Below, one piece after another: positions 52,639 through 64,000 of a stretch of DNA of 64,000 nucleotides. Positions within the stretch are counted from its first letter, which is position 1, and every line of letters begins with the position of its first letter. The notes under the pieces were generated by a model. The model was not told the DNA's origin and did no database searches. It saw only the letters and a program-made list of their open reading frames with translations. The translations under genes were made by a program, and so were the position numbers. The DNA is from Felis catus (lineage: Eukaryota): the NCBI RefSeq assembly GCF_018350175.1, contig NC_058368.1, forward strand, positions 194,000,001 through 194,064,000. The letters are read 5' to 3'.

Positions 52639-52880
52639 TTTGGATTTACATCCAAATTAGTTAGCATATAGTGCAACAATGGTTTCAGGAGTAGGTTCCT
52701 TAATGCCCCCTACCCATTTAGCCCATCCCTCCTCCCGCTCCCCCTCCAGTAACCCTCTGTTTGTTCTCCATATTTAAGAATCTCTTATGTTTTGTCCCCC
52801 TCCCTGTTTTTGTTATTTTTGCTTCCCTTCCCTTCCCTTGTGTTCATCTGTTCTGTCTTAAAGTCCTCATATGAGTGAAG
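52639..52880 (-). mobile_element. Short 5'-truncated carnivore/felid L1 3'UTR insertion
   Basis: Homologous to the 3'UTR of the young L1 (39830-40070). TSD accaatgacacattttt (52622-52638) / accagagacacattttt (52881-52897). Confidence 0.88.
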
Positions 52881-52986
52881 ACCAGAGACACATTTTTAAA
52901 GACTGAAATGACCAAGAAACTGATTAAAGTACTTAACTGAACTTTATTCCACTTATTATATTTTAAATGCTCTTAAATAACCAATA

Positions 52987-53185
52987 GGGAGTGCCTGGGT
53001 GGCTCAGTTGATTGAGAGTCTGACTCTTGATTTCAGCTCAGGTCATGATCCCAGGGTAGTGGGATCTAGCCCAGCCTCAGGCTCCAGGCTAAGTGAAGAC
53101 TGCTTGAGATCCTCTCTCTCTTTCCCTATGTCCCTCTCCCCTGCTTGAAAAACTTCTTAAACAAACAAACAAACAAACAAACAAA
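52987..53185 (+). mobile_element. Carnivore SINE (older subfamily) with (CAAA)n tail
   Basis: gggagtgcctgggtggctcagttgattgagagtctgactcttgatttcagctcaggtcatgatc. Confidence 0.92.
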
Positions 53186-53938
53186 TAATTGCTATAAAAA
53201 AAGTTTTGCTTAAGCATACAAAGGTAGGTTGGTTTTATATCTTAAATACTTTTATTTTTGAAAATTGTATTGGAATAGGGCACAAATATAGTAAAATCAA
53301 TTTAACAGTCAATAATCATTTCAATATTATATAAATTATAATTTTTAGCATCACCTTTCATTATCAAAATGTTCTGGTTTGCATCATAATCTCTATAGTC
53401 ATCCAACTTGAAGGGGAAGCAAGTTTGGTTGAATGAGCAGCATGTACAAAGGCTAACAGGCAGAAAGGAACAGAGAATATTTGTAAATTGGAAAAAAGGC
53501 TCGTGAGGATTTTGTTTGCTATAAGGTTTCAGATAAACTATATAGTTTGGCTCTCTTTTTCCCTAAAAATTGAAATGTGCACTGCTTTGTAATTAGGGAT
53601 GGTATTTTTAGCCCAATAACAGTCTGCAAAGACCTGCCACTTACCTAAAATCCAGTCATACATCTAGAATAAATACATGTTGCCATTTATATATTTTTTC
53701 CATGTTGACATTTAATAATTGAATTAGTATTCCTCTGGATATGCTGCAGCTTCGAACTGGGTTTAAGTGGACTCTATTGTTTTCTCTCCCATACACTAGT
53801 TCAGTTAACATATGTTAATTTGTCAGAGACTAAGTAGAACAAAAAAATAAATAAATAAAAATTCTTCCTTAAGGTGGTTCCTCTGAGGGAAGCTCATGAG
53901 CATTAGTCTTGGCTGATGTCTTCTTTAAAAATTGCCTC

Positions 53939-54145
53939 GGGGCGCCTGGGTGGCGCAGTCGGTTAAGCGTCCGACTTCAGCCAGGTCACGATCTCGCGGT
54001 CCGTGAGTTCGAGCCCCGCGTCGGGCTCTGGGCTGATGGCTCAGAGCCTGGAGCCTGTTTCCGATTCTGTGTCTCCCTCTCTCTCTGCCCCTCCCCCGTT
54101 CATGCTCTGTCTCTCTCTGTCCCAAAAAAAAAAAAAAACGAAAAA
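53939..54145 (+). mobile_element. Very young cat-type SINE (SINEC_Fc-like)
   Basis: Perfect TSD aaaaattgcctc (53927-53938, 54146-54157) preceded by TTT. CpG-rich, near-consensus body with A/B boxes. Confidence 0.97.
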
Positions 54146-56684
54146 AAAAATTGCCTCTGCCTAAGAGGAAACTCTCCAGGTAGATTACTCACCTGCCATG
54201 AGGGTATTCCCAATGGGACTTAAATGATCAAATATATAAGCCCTTTCCTTTATTTTTATGGTTGATATATATGTAATATGTGTGTACAGTAAGAGAGATA
54301 GGTAGGTAGGTAGGCAGGCAGGTAGATATCAACTAGTAAGATACACCTAGTTGCATACTTAGGTTCTGTTAAGGATCGTTAACATTTAGTCCTCTTTTTC
54401 TCCTCACCTTTCTCCTTGTCTTCCCAACACTTTTAGAGTTCACAGAGTTCTCCAAATAAGTATTCTGTAAAGCATAGGACTCCACATATTTGTTCACAAC
54501 CTTAAAAATCTCTCCTGTTCTCTGCACACATCAGATTGTTGGATTTTTTTTTTTTTTTTGTATTTTCAGGTAAGATAATTGATGAATTGGCTGTAGTTTT
54601 CAATTGTTGCTCATCTTTTAGTTTAGACTATGCTTTTCTGGATATGCTATGCTTCAATTATAGATAATCTCATTATTTTGACTAATTTGATTCTCTCTAA
54701 TATATTATCACCAAATTCCATTCTTCAACACACATCCCACAGGCTGGAAGTGGATGAAGTAAGTGAACCAAGGTGTTGTACCCACATAGGGGAATTGCGG
54801 TAAAACTAAAATAAAAAATAGCCTCTGACCTTAAGGTATCCTTTAACTCAATCATGACTGGGTTTACATGGCCAGTGGGAAAGGATTTCTGGAGTAAACT
54901 TGGTTGGCTATGGAGAAACAAAGGGAAGTGGCATTTGCTCCTTTCTTCCTTTGCAATACGTGGAACACTTAAATTGTGTTGTTGTTCTAGGAACTGAGAA
55001 AAATGTAAGGCATATGTTGCCCAGGTGTTCAGTGTAACTGGGGAAGTAAGTCCTAACATAAAAAGCAGTTAAGTAAGTTTATTAAGCAACATTCACCTAA
55101 GCATCAAAAAAAAAAAAAAAATCCCATTAATGCCTGTTAGAAAGTCTCGTTGAAAGGTTAATGTCAGTGGAGGAGTCTTCAAAGAAAGGTTTGTAGATCA
55201 GCAGAGAATTGGGATAGATTTTGAAGATAAATAGTATTTAAAAATATGAAGGGAGAATGAGATAAGGCATTTAAGGTCATGGCTTGAGAGTCTCAACTTT
55301 TCATCCAGACACAATTTTACCAAATACTTAAAGCCAGTGTAGTCCACTATGTTCTAAGGACAAACAGTGCTTCCCATAACTTAATAGAGAGGGTGGGGTA
55401 GAGTTTAATACTACATTTATTGTTAGTTGACACTGAAAAATACATGTCTTGAGAACTTCCTCAGAATGTGTAAATTTCTTGAAAGCAGTCAACATTTATT
55501 TCCCACCCTACCTCCACACCTTCTGCCTCCACAACATATACAACATATTCAACCCTGTGCCTTGTCTGTGGGACTCAAAGTGTTTGGTAAATATATGTCA
55601 GGGTGAATACTTGAGCACTTTGACTCTCTAAGAGTTTTCCTTGGTTCAGAGAATTTGATTTTATATAGACTACTTGTGTAGATTAGGAATTTGGGAAGAA
55701 TGGAGAAAGAGTTCCTGGCTAAATCTCAGCAATTAGACAAACTCACAAATCACCTATCATTTTTTTTTAAGAATACATGGTTATGGTAATCTCTGTTCTA
55801 CTAATGCACTTGACGTTGGAATGATTTATTTGATAGTTGATCATATGCTGCGGTGTCAAACTGGCATTAAGAACAGAAAGAATTGCTACATCCTTCTGAC
55901 TTTGGAAAGTCTTGTCTTCTCTGGAACTCATAATAACTTTTATGATCTTGCCTGATTTTTCCACTTTCTAAGATTATTTTTCAAGGATCTGGGAACATTA
56001 TACTTGCTGCTTTGAAAGGGTTTCCCTTGAAATTTCTTTATGTCTTGCCCTAGATGTTTATGAGACACTCAGCAGCTGTTCCCATTCCATGAAAACTGAA
56101 GTGAATAGGTCTGGCAGCTGTTTCCATGCTGCTTTGGCATACAAGGGCTTGCACTATTCTATATAAATGGAAAGTATTAATCATACCCCATTCAAGTGTT
56201 TACATTTTGTAAGCGGCTTCAGAATTGTTACAAAGGGGGCTTGGAGAAGAAAAAAGTTCAACTTATATCCAGACATTTAAAGATAATTGAACTTTAATTC
56301 TAAAAATTATGTAAAATAAAAAAATGATCATCTTGAGATGTCCTTATAAAACCTATTTTGTGGATATGGTTAGCTTAAGGTTTAGACTTGAAAACTCAGT
56401 GTTAAGGAACTCTGTACAAGGAGTGGGTAGAAGGGGGGTGGGCAGAGAGAATGGGTAAGGAGGAGGTGATAGAATAATATATAAATATCTGTAGGCCTTA
56501 TGAAGGGGTAGACATTTTCCATGTGACTCCAAATGAGAGAACAGGAGCAATGGTGTAAAGTAGAGGGAGATATATTCTAGTTCAACGTAAAGAACTAGAA
56601 AGTCAGCCCCTATGGAATTCACATATGACAGGAAGTTCTCCCATCATTTGGGGTAAATGTGGGCATGGCAGCACTGAGAGCCAC

Positions 56685-57252
56685 TTGATTTGGACATCTT
56701 TCACTTTCAAGTGAAAAACAACAACAAATCAAGACTGTTCAGTCTATTTAAAGCAAAGAGAGAATTTATTGTTTCGGGCAGCTGAATAATCAAGTCCCAG
56801 CTGGATCCAGGGTCTCACGTGATATCATTAGGACACAATGTCTTTCTATTTCTTGACTCTGCTGTCTTCTACAGTAGCCCCATCTGTCTTCTTTGTCATC
56901 TCTACTGTCCCAGGCAAATACTAGTTCCTCATACTGGCCAGGGATATTTGGGATATACACGCTATAGGATCAATTCTGAGTTGAGTATAAATAAGAACTC
57001 TTCTCTGTCGTGTGATCGTGTCAGCCTCAGGACTGGCTCAGATTTGAAGAAGTTTTGGTCTCATGACTTTCAGTATGGCTTATTTCCCAGGTCTGGATAA
57101 CATTCATTCCCTCTACCTGCCCAGAAGTGTCTTCACTGCTATCTGAGCACATGGCATCCAACGTGTGAAGGGTATTACCCAAAATAAAATCAGGGTTCTG
57201 CTTGCATAAGATGAAATAAAAGGTAGGCATCAAATGCAACAAGTTTCCATCA
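56685..57252 (-). mobile_element. MLT1K-like MaLR LTR remnant
   Basis: ttcaagtgaaaaac...ttaaagcaaagagagaatttattg...gctggatccagggtctcacgtgatatcattaggac...aaaatcagggttctg. Confidence 0.6.
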
Positions 57253-59224
57253 GAGTACTTGAGCCCTAGAGAAATGATAAGATTAGATTAATGGTTTTCA
57301 GTAAATTTCTGGCAGTGGATCAATATTGCCAACAAAATCTTTGACAACATACATATAATAAAAAAGATGCTATTCTGGTTGAAGCATGATGAATGGCCAG
57401 AGGCCTCACAAGGTAAACATTTCCTTCACCCCTGTTTATATCCCCCGAAGAGTCTGGGAAATAACACTTTGGAATCTACTGAGCAAGATGAATAGTAAAG
57501 TCCTGCAGTGTCTGGAGTCTGTGACTATTATCTTACATTTGTGTGCCCCTTGGCTCCAATGGGATGTTAGCCCTGCTTAATCAATATTTACTGGGTTGAA
57601 TTTAAATGAGATGAATTGAATTTAGTGAGGGAAACACCTGTCTAACCTTTGTGTGGCATTTGCATTTTCCAAAGCAATTTTACTTACATTTTTGTTCATT
57701 TTTCATGACATCCCTGTGAGTTAGGCAGTGTGCTATTTTCATTTTTTAGATCTCAACTTTAATATATTAATGTAGACAATGAGGAAGAATAATTAACTGC
57801 TTTGTACCCACCATCCCATGTTTGTCAAGTTTTAATGTTATGTATGTTATGATTCTCCCTTTTTTATGAAGAAAACATTACAGTTAAAATACTCTCTATT
57901 TTACATCCATTCAGTACCCTCCTTCCCTGCCCAGAAGTAAATACTATCATGAATTTGGGTTTTTATAATTTACATAAATTTTTTTCTGCTACATATTTAT
58001 CCATAAAATATTTTTGTTTTGCATTTTATATAAATGGTATTAAATCATATGTATTAATAAACGATCTGCCTTTAACTTAAATGTTCTTAAAACTTGTAAC
58101 GATACATGTAGATGTAACTTGTTTTCACTCTTGCAAGGAATTGAAATGATCGGTTTAATCCAAGTGATATAACCAGTAACTCAGGGGGATGTTAGGTATT
58201 TTTGCCTGTGTTTTGTTTGTTTTCAATGAACATTAGCCATTAATCGGTAGACTTAGCAAATCTTAAAAGAAGTCTTCACATTGTGAAAAACTAGATTTAA
58301 TGTACAGAACACACACACAGAGTCATTTCTCCACAACAGTTGTACATGCCCTAGGATCTCTGTGTAAACTGCAAGGACTCCATGAACATCCTGAAACAAT
58401 GGTGGAAACTTGGTGTTTGTATTGGAATTTTTCTGAGAAAGATCTGCCTTTATCTTTGGTGTCTCAAGGAGAACTATACCCCCTCAAATTTAAGAATACT
58501 GCCTTAGATTTTTTATAAAATATTTAGAAATCATTCCCAACTTGTAAAATTAAGACAAAGTTCCAGCAGAAGGGATTAGGGATACATTCTAGTCTCTTTC
58601 TCCACGACCTACAGAAATTAGCATGCCTCATTTTTTATTTCCTCTATGTCTCAAGGCAGGGGATGACGTTTGGTAAAATAGCCATGATAAAACTGTGGAT
58701 CAGTGCATTCATCTTACATACTTTCAAGACTTCTGAAACCAAAAGCCTAACCTATTCTTTCGTGATCAGCATTTTCTGATGAAATGTCACTGCTTTTATA
58801 TTAACTGAGCTTGACACATTTAGAAGCAACTCAGCACATGAATGGAGAACTTAGAAGAGAGGATGCTTCCCAGAAGAGGGGAACTAAGATGAAGACTGCA
58901 CCTCCTGCCTTTCTCACCCCTTTCTACCTAAACTGCTGGCCAGGGTCACATACTATAGGCTCAGTATGTGTGTCTGGGGCTAGTGACTCTCTAAGCCAAA
59001 GCCACTCTGAGATGAACAGGTTGAATAATAAGGTTTCTCCCACGGCCACCATATAAACTTCTTGTTTCCTATTAAACTTGGGGAATTTCTCTAAATCTTT
59101 TCACCCTTGACTAGATACCTTACATTTAACACCCTCTATTTCTCTTATTGGCATATCCATTTCTCTCAGCCACTACAGGAGTCCCATGCCAGCAAAACAA
59201 TAGCAATGGAGGTAACAGTAACAA

Positions 59225-59570
59225 CCAGCTCTTATTGAGTGCTGGTTGTCAGTCAGGTCTGTGCTGAACACAGACATTTCCCTTGACCTCGTGGAACTTA
59301 GAGTCAAGAATGAAGGTAGATACAGGGTAGTTCACTAACAATTGTGAACTTGCAGTTGTGATCAGAGCTACAAAGGAGAGGTGTTAAATATGTAATAAAG
59401 AGATTTAACCTGGTTAGGAAGGAAAAGGAACGGATTGGCTAAAGAAATGGTGATGGCATTGACACAGGATATAATCATTACCTAGGCAAAGATGAGAGAA
59501 AAGAGAAATCTAGACAGAAGAAACATTCTGTGTAACTGTCTTAGATGATGGGAAAGAACATAGCTACAAG
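59225..59570 (-). mobile_element. L2 fragment
   Basis: ttattgagtgct...tgtgctgaac...gacctcgtggaacttagagtc...gtgatcagagctacaaaggag. Confidence 0.6.
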
Positions 59571-59700
59571 GCATATCATCTCAGTCCTGAAAGCAATCAT
59601 GAGATATAGCAATTATTATATTTATTTTATGATTGAATTGAGACTAGGAGAGTTTAAGTATTGTGCCTAAAGTCACTCTGTTAGAAAGTAGCAGGGCTCA

Positions 59701-59838
59701 GGGAGCCTGGGTGGCTCAGTCAGTTAAGTATCTTGAAACTCGTGGTTTCAGCTCAGGCCATGATCTCATGGTTCGCAGGATGGAGCGTCACATCGGGCTT
59801 TGTGCCAACAAAGCACAGCAGCACAGAGTCTGCTTGAG

Positions 59839-59872
<34 letters not shown>

Positions 59873-59977
59873 CCTCTCCCCCTTCTCCCCCCTCTCCCCC
59901 CCTCCCTACCCCCCCTTCCCTCCCTACCCCTCCCCTGCTTGCTCACTCTGTCTCAAAAAGATAAACTTAAAAAAAAA
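59701..59977 (+). mobile_element. Carnivore SINE inserted in a MIR, with expanded pyrimidine tract
   Basis: gggagcctgggtggctcagtcagttaag...(CT)n/C-rich tract...aaaaaagataaacttaaaaaaaa. Confidence 0.92.
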
Positions 59978-60249
59978 GTAAGGCCAAATCAAATGGACGT
60001 TTAGACTCAAAAGATGTACGCTTAAAACCAACACCGCTCCTACTCCTCACAAAAAAGCACCAGACCCAGATGATTTGCAGGAGGATTTTACCAAAGATAC
60101 AAAGGTCACAGAGTCTTAGTGTTTATTAAAATAAACACTATTTAATGGATAATGGATAGTGGAAGAAGACTATTTTCAAACTGTTTCTTATAGAACAACT
60201 CCTAGTCAATCTTGTTTAAATGTATATCCCTTACTGGGTAATTTTTAAT

Positions 60250-61720
60250 CAAAACTTATCATGTCTTTCATCCATAAATATTTAATCATATGTCTAAAAA
60301 GTATTCTTTAAAAAAATAGACCTCTTATAATAATACCACACCTAAATAGATATAAACAATAATTACTAAAGTAGTCAACTTTTCTCAAGTAACTGTCTGA
60401 GAAGCTATTTATCCAATGTCTATTTTCTATTTTTTCACAAATTGTTCAAATTAAATAAAATTAAGATGTATACATTATAAATTTTTGCTATGTCTCTTAA
60501 GGTTCTTATCTCATAGATTTTCCATTTCTCACTTTTTTTCTTCTTTATTTGTTGAAAAAACAATTTTGCTTTAAAAAAAAATAGTTTCCTACAGTTGTGA
60601 TTCTACTAATTTTACATCCTCCTCTCAGGTAAATTTTCTGTGATTTGGGAATTAGTTCAGATTTTTTTTTCAGGAGTCTTCATAAGCAGTATTGTATAAA
60701 TCATCAAGTGGCACATAGTAGCCACTTTGATTGTTCATTGTCTACAATAGATTGAAAATCATTGGTTAGAGACTTCCACTTATTAACTATCCCAAGTTAC
60801 TGTTCATACAAAAAAGCAAGATAAGTATGTGATTTTCCATCTTTATTTAATAGTTTTCAAACTGGTAAACTCTGTTTTCTGTCATACTCTGAACCTGATT
60901 ATTATATTTTTCTTAAATTGTATTGTTTGGTTTTAATATGTGCTTATAAATTTATTAGATGTTTGTTAAATTATTGGATATGTTTCAAGCCATTGAAATT
61001 ATTCTTACTGAATAATGACCCCTATTTGAGCCTATTCAAATTAGCTCCTGAGTCTTACTGACATGACATTCGTAGTAACTGATAACTTCTTTGATTTCTG
61101 ATTTAACAAGAAATTCTAGGATTCTCTTACACACTTCTTATAGATAGAATCAACCATTTCTCAAAAACAAAAACAAAAACAAAAACAAAAACCTTGTGTC
61201 TTTTAATTAAGAAATTTTGGAGGGGAGACCAGAATATGGACACTAGAGGTACTCATTCCAACCAGGTTAATGTATTATTTATAGGTCTTTTTAGTGGTTA
61301 AAGCTAGGGAATGAGCATTAAAAAGAAAAAAAAAGACGAAAACATAATTCTTATGATTTCCAACTCAAATTTAGGATTGCAGGATTTTTACTTAAATTCT
61401 TTGATTATATATTTATACTTTCTTATCTCTCATGCTGAAATTCCTGATTTTTAATGATGTTCTTTGCTCTATCCAATCATTTATTTATAATTATATCAGA
61501 AGTACATTGTCAGTAGTATTTTCCCTAACAATATGATAATTGAAAGTGGCTGAAACTTCTCTGGAGTTTCCTTTGTCCTTAAGATACATTCCAAAAAAAC
61601 TGTACTGCCAAATTGCTATGCTTCAAAATCACTTGAAAAAATTCTTCTCTGCGTGATTATGCACTCTTGATAAACACTTGAATTCATTCATCTCCTTTTG
61701 CTCTTGATTTTGGAAATTAG
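60250..61720 (-). mobile_element. Ancient L1MC5-like 3' fragment
   Basis: L1MC-type text (gagcctattcaaattagctcctgagtcttactgacatgac...gaatcaaccatttctc...ggacactagaggtactcatt). Confidence 0.65.
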
Positions 61721-62754
61721 AAAAAAAAAAGTAAAAAACCTTGTCTTATAATTATGTAACAATACACAGGACACATGAAAGGTAGGGTAGAAATAAGTAG
61801 TATCCTTTCTTGGTGATTAAAATATGGCTAAGAGCATGAATGGAGTGGGGGCAGTGGCTATACAGGGAGGGAGGTCTTTGATCCAGAGTCACCTTGGTGC
61901 TCCCAGAGAAGCTACCTTGATGCCTCCAGAGCAGCAATCCTGCTATTCTGGATTTATGACTTGAGACATCAGGATTGCTTCCCGTATGGGGCAAGGTACT
62001 TCCTTTATTGGTCAGGATTCTTTTGAATGCTGGAAACAGAAACTTAGTTTCCATGTTATGAAGAAGTAAGAAATGAAAACAATAACAAAAATCTAAAAAA
62101 GAACCTTAAATCAAAACTAGAATGAAACAAAAATATTCATTAAATTTTTGAATTTATTTCTCTTGTAATCTCACATGTGAATTTAGGACATAAAACCAAA
62201 GATCCTGGTATGGTTTCTCATGAATTCTCTTCCTCTTGTTCTCTTCCTGCCATCCCCCACATCATGCAATCTCACTCCCCACATATATACTATGTGTAAA
62301 TTGGAGATCCTCTTTTATAGGAGTCTTGTAAAGATTAAGTGAGATCATGCATGTAAATGTAAAGTACCTAGTGTAGCGCCTGGCACATACTCAGAATCCA
62401 ATTAACATTGGTTTTTACTACAGACGCTGTTGTTTCTGTTTCCACGATACAATTGGTACAAACTATAGTTTTTTGTTCTCATTCCTTTGTCATTTTCTTC
62501 CTTGAGAATTGCAGAGACTTTATACCCTGTAATTTTTCGTTCAGTTGTACTTGTCAACCAAGACTTAGCTAAAGATAGCTCTCTAAACTTAGGCTTCTTA
62601 AAAGGGAAAAAGGAGGAAGATGTTTGAGCCTTTCTTTAATCTGAGCTAGCTTGGTACTGTATTTTGAGTTTTCAGCACAGGGTCAAGAATAAGGATGATG
62701 TGGTTCCTCCTTTCTTTCCCAGGAAGCAGCCATGTGGATTTCAAAGCAAGTGAT

Positions 62755-62915
62755 GTAATAACATGGAGAATGTGGTAGACTCTGAAGCCCTGATCCTAGC
62801 ATTATCCGCTTCATGCCCTGCGTGATCTTAGGAAATTTACTTTCCCTTCTCTGTGCCAAATTCTGTCTGTGTGTAAAATTAGGTCACTCAAAGAGATTTG
62901 GATTTCCTCAAGTTT
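62755..62915 (+). mobile_element. MIR
   Basis: gtgatcttaggaaatttactttcccttctctgtgccaaattctgtctgtgtgtaaaattagg. Confidence 0.65.
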
Positions 62916-64000
62916 TAGAAGTATGTTGTTCTGTATTTATTTAAACCCTTTCCTTGATACAGTTCATATAATCAGCTGGGTGACTTTTATGGTCCATATT
63001 TCTCGTACCCAATGTATTGGCATTTTTTCTCTTCAAGTGATGCAGTCTATGGAGCCCATAGGCTTTCATTTTTTCCTCTTGGCTGTCAATAAGTCTAGAG
63101 TTAATTCTCATAAAAAATGATAGCCCTCGTTAGTCCTAGTTTTCTTGTAAAATAATACCCTTTTCCATATTGTAATTATATATAGATTTTTTTCTTCAGA
63201 CATTGCCCTCAATATCAAGTAATATCAATCTTGTTTTAAGCCACCCTAATCTTGTTATTGTTGTTAATATGAGACTCTTTATAGGTTATAAGTATTATTT
63301 TTGTGTCTCAATGGTGTCATAACCATTTGGGAGAAAATAATCGCTTTCCTGTATATTTTGTTAGAAAAAAGGGAGTAATAGATATAAAATTTAAAGGAAT
63401 ACCATAATTTTCAGATAGAGCTTTCAGTTATTAGCATCAAGTGAGTGAAACATAATTCTAAGAGAGTAATAATTAGTAAATAAATATCTGGCACTGAGAT
63501 AAAAACATTTTTTAAAATCCAGTATTTCAGTCTTACCCAAAGATTCTGGGTTTGATGCTATTTCACCTGAGTGGTAATTAACATGCTCAGGATGATCAGT
63601 TGTTTCACTGTACCAAATAGATGGCAGGACTCTATTATTACAGCTCTCTTAGCAACAGGGATATGTAATTTGCCAAGTGGTATGGTGAGGTTCTAAATGA
63701 CTTTTCAAACGTTCTCATGAGTTCTAGGATGAACAAGTGGAGTAATATAAGAGAGGCCAATGCTTGCTGAAATGAGAAAGTACATGAAGATTATTTTCTC
63801 AGCCTGATTTTATTGATCAACTCTGTTAGTGATTTGGGCAGGACAAACTGACCACATTTTCACATGACACTAAACACATTGCAAAAACTGATAAGAGTAC
63901 ATGCATTGGAATAATACAGAGCTGGTCTGGAATCCCAGCTCCTCTATTCACTGTCCACATGATCATCTACTGACAGAATTCAGACCAAAGCTTGAAAGCA

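Larger units (their letters stand above)
47741..53406 (+). mobile_element. Fragmented hAT-Blackjack-like DNA transposon with MER94-type ends, interrupted by many later insertions
   Basis: Left end aattaaccacacatcttggtttgcttggagaattcatggtttatacc and right end gcatcacctttcattatcaaaatgttctggtttgcatcataatctctatagtcatccaa resemble the two halves of the remembered MER94/Blackjack consensus. hAT transposase-like peptides lie between them. An L2-like sequence continues on both flanks. Confidence 0.7.

Noticed and set aside
53939..54020. tRNA-like A/B box sequence
   Set aside because: This is the tRNA-derived head of a carnivore SINE, not a tRNA gene. The same applies to the other SINE heads.

Overview
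Mammalian genomic DNA. The tRNA-derived carnivore SINEs are of the cat (SINEC_Fc-like) type and the L1 is felid-like, so the source is almost certainly a felid. I found no convincing host protein-coding exon, RNA gene or CRISPR array. The window is repeat-rich non-coding sequence, probably part of a long intron of a gene transcribed on the + strand: the L1 and MaLR copies lie almost all on the minus strand, and several AG|GTAAG/GTAAA recursive-splice-like motifs lie on +. Main contents: (i) a full-length 5.9 kb LINE-1 (39821-45736, minus) with a perfect 18-bp target-site duplication (TSD), a YY1 site and decayed ORF1/ORF2; (ii) an older L1 with a large internal deletion (36151-38883); (iii) an apparently near-complete, fragmented hAT-Blackjack DNA transposon with transposase remnants (about 47741-53406) carrying many nested insertions, including a TA-flanked Tc1/mariner-type MITE inside a carnivore SINE; (iv) 14 carnivore SINEs, plus MIR, L2, MLT1 and MER copies and microsatellites. 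Repeat family names come from remembered consensus sequences, not database searches, and boundaries of old repeats are approximate. I found no evidence of a wholly new biological system. The best leads are the lineage-recent DNA-transposon insertion and the candidate recursive splice sites.
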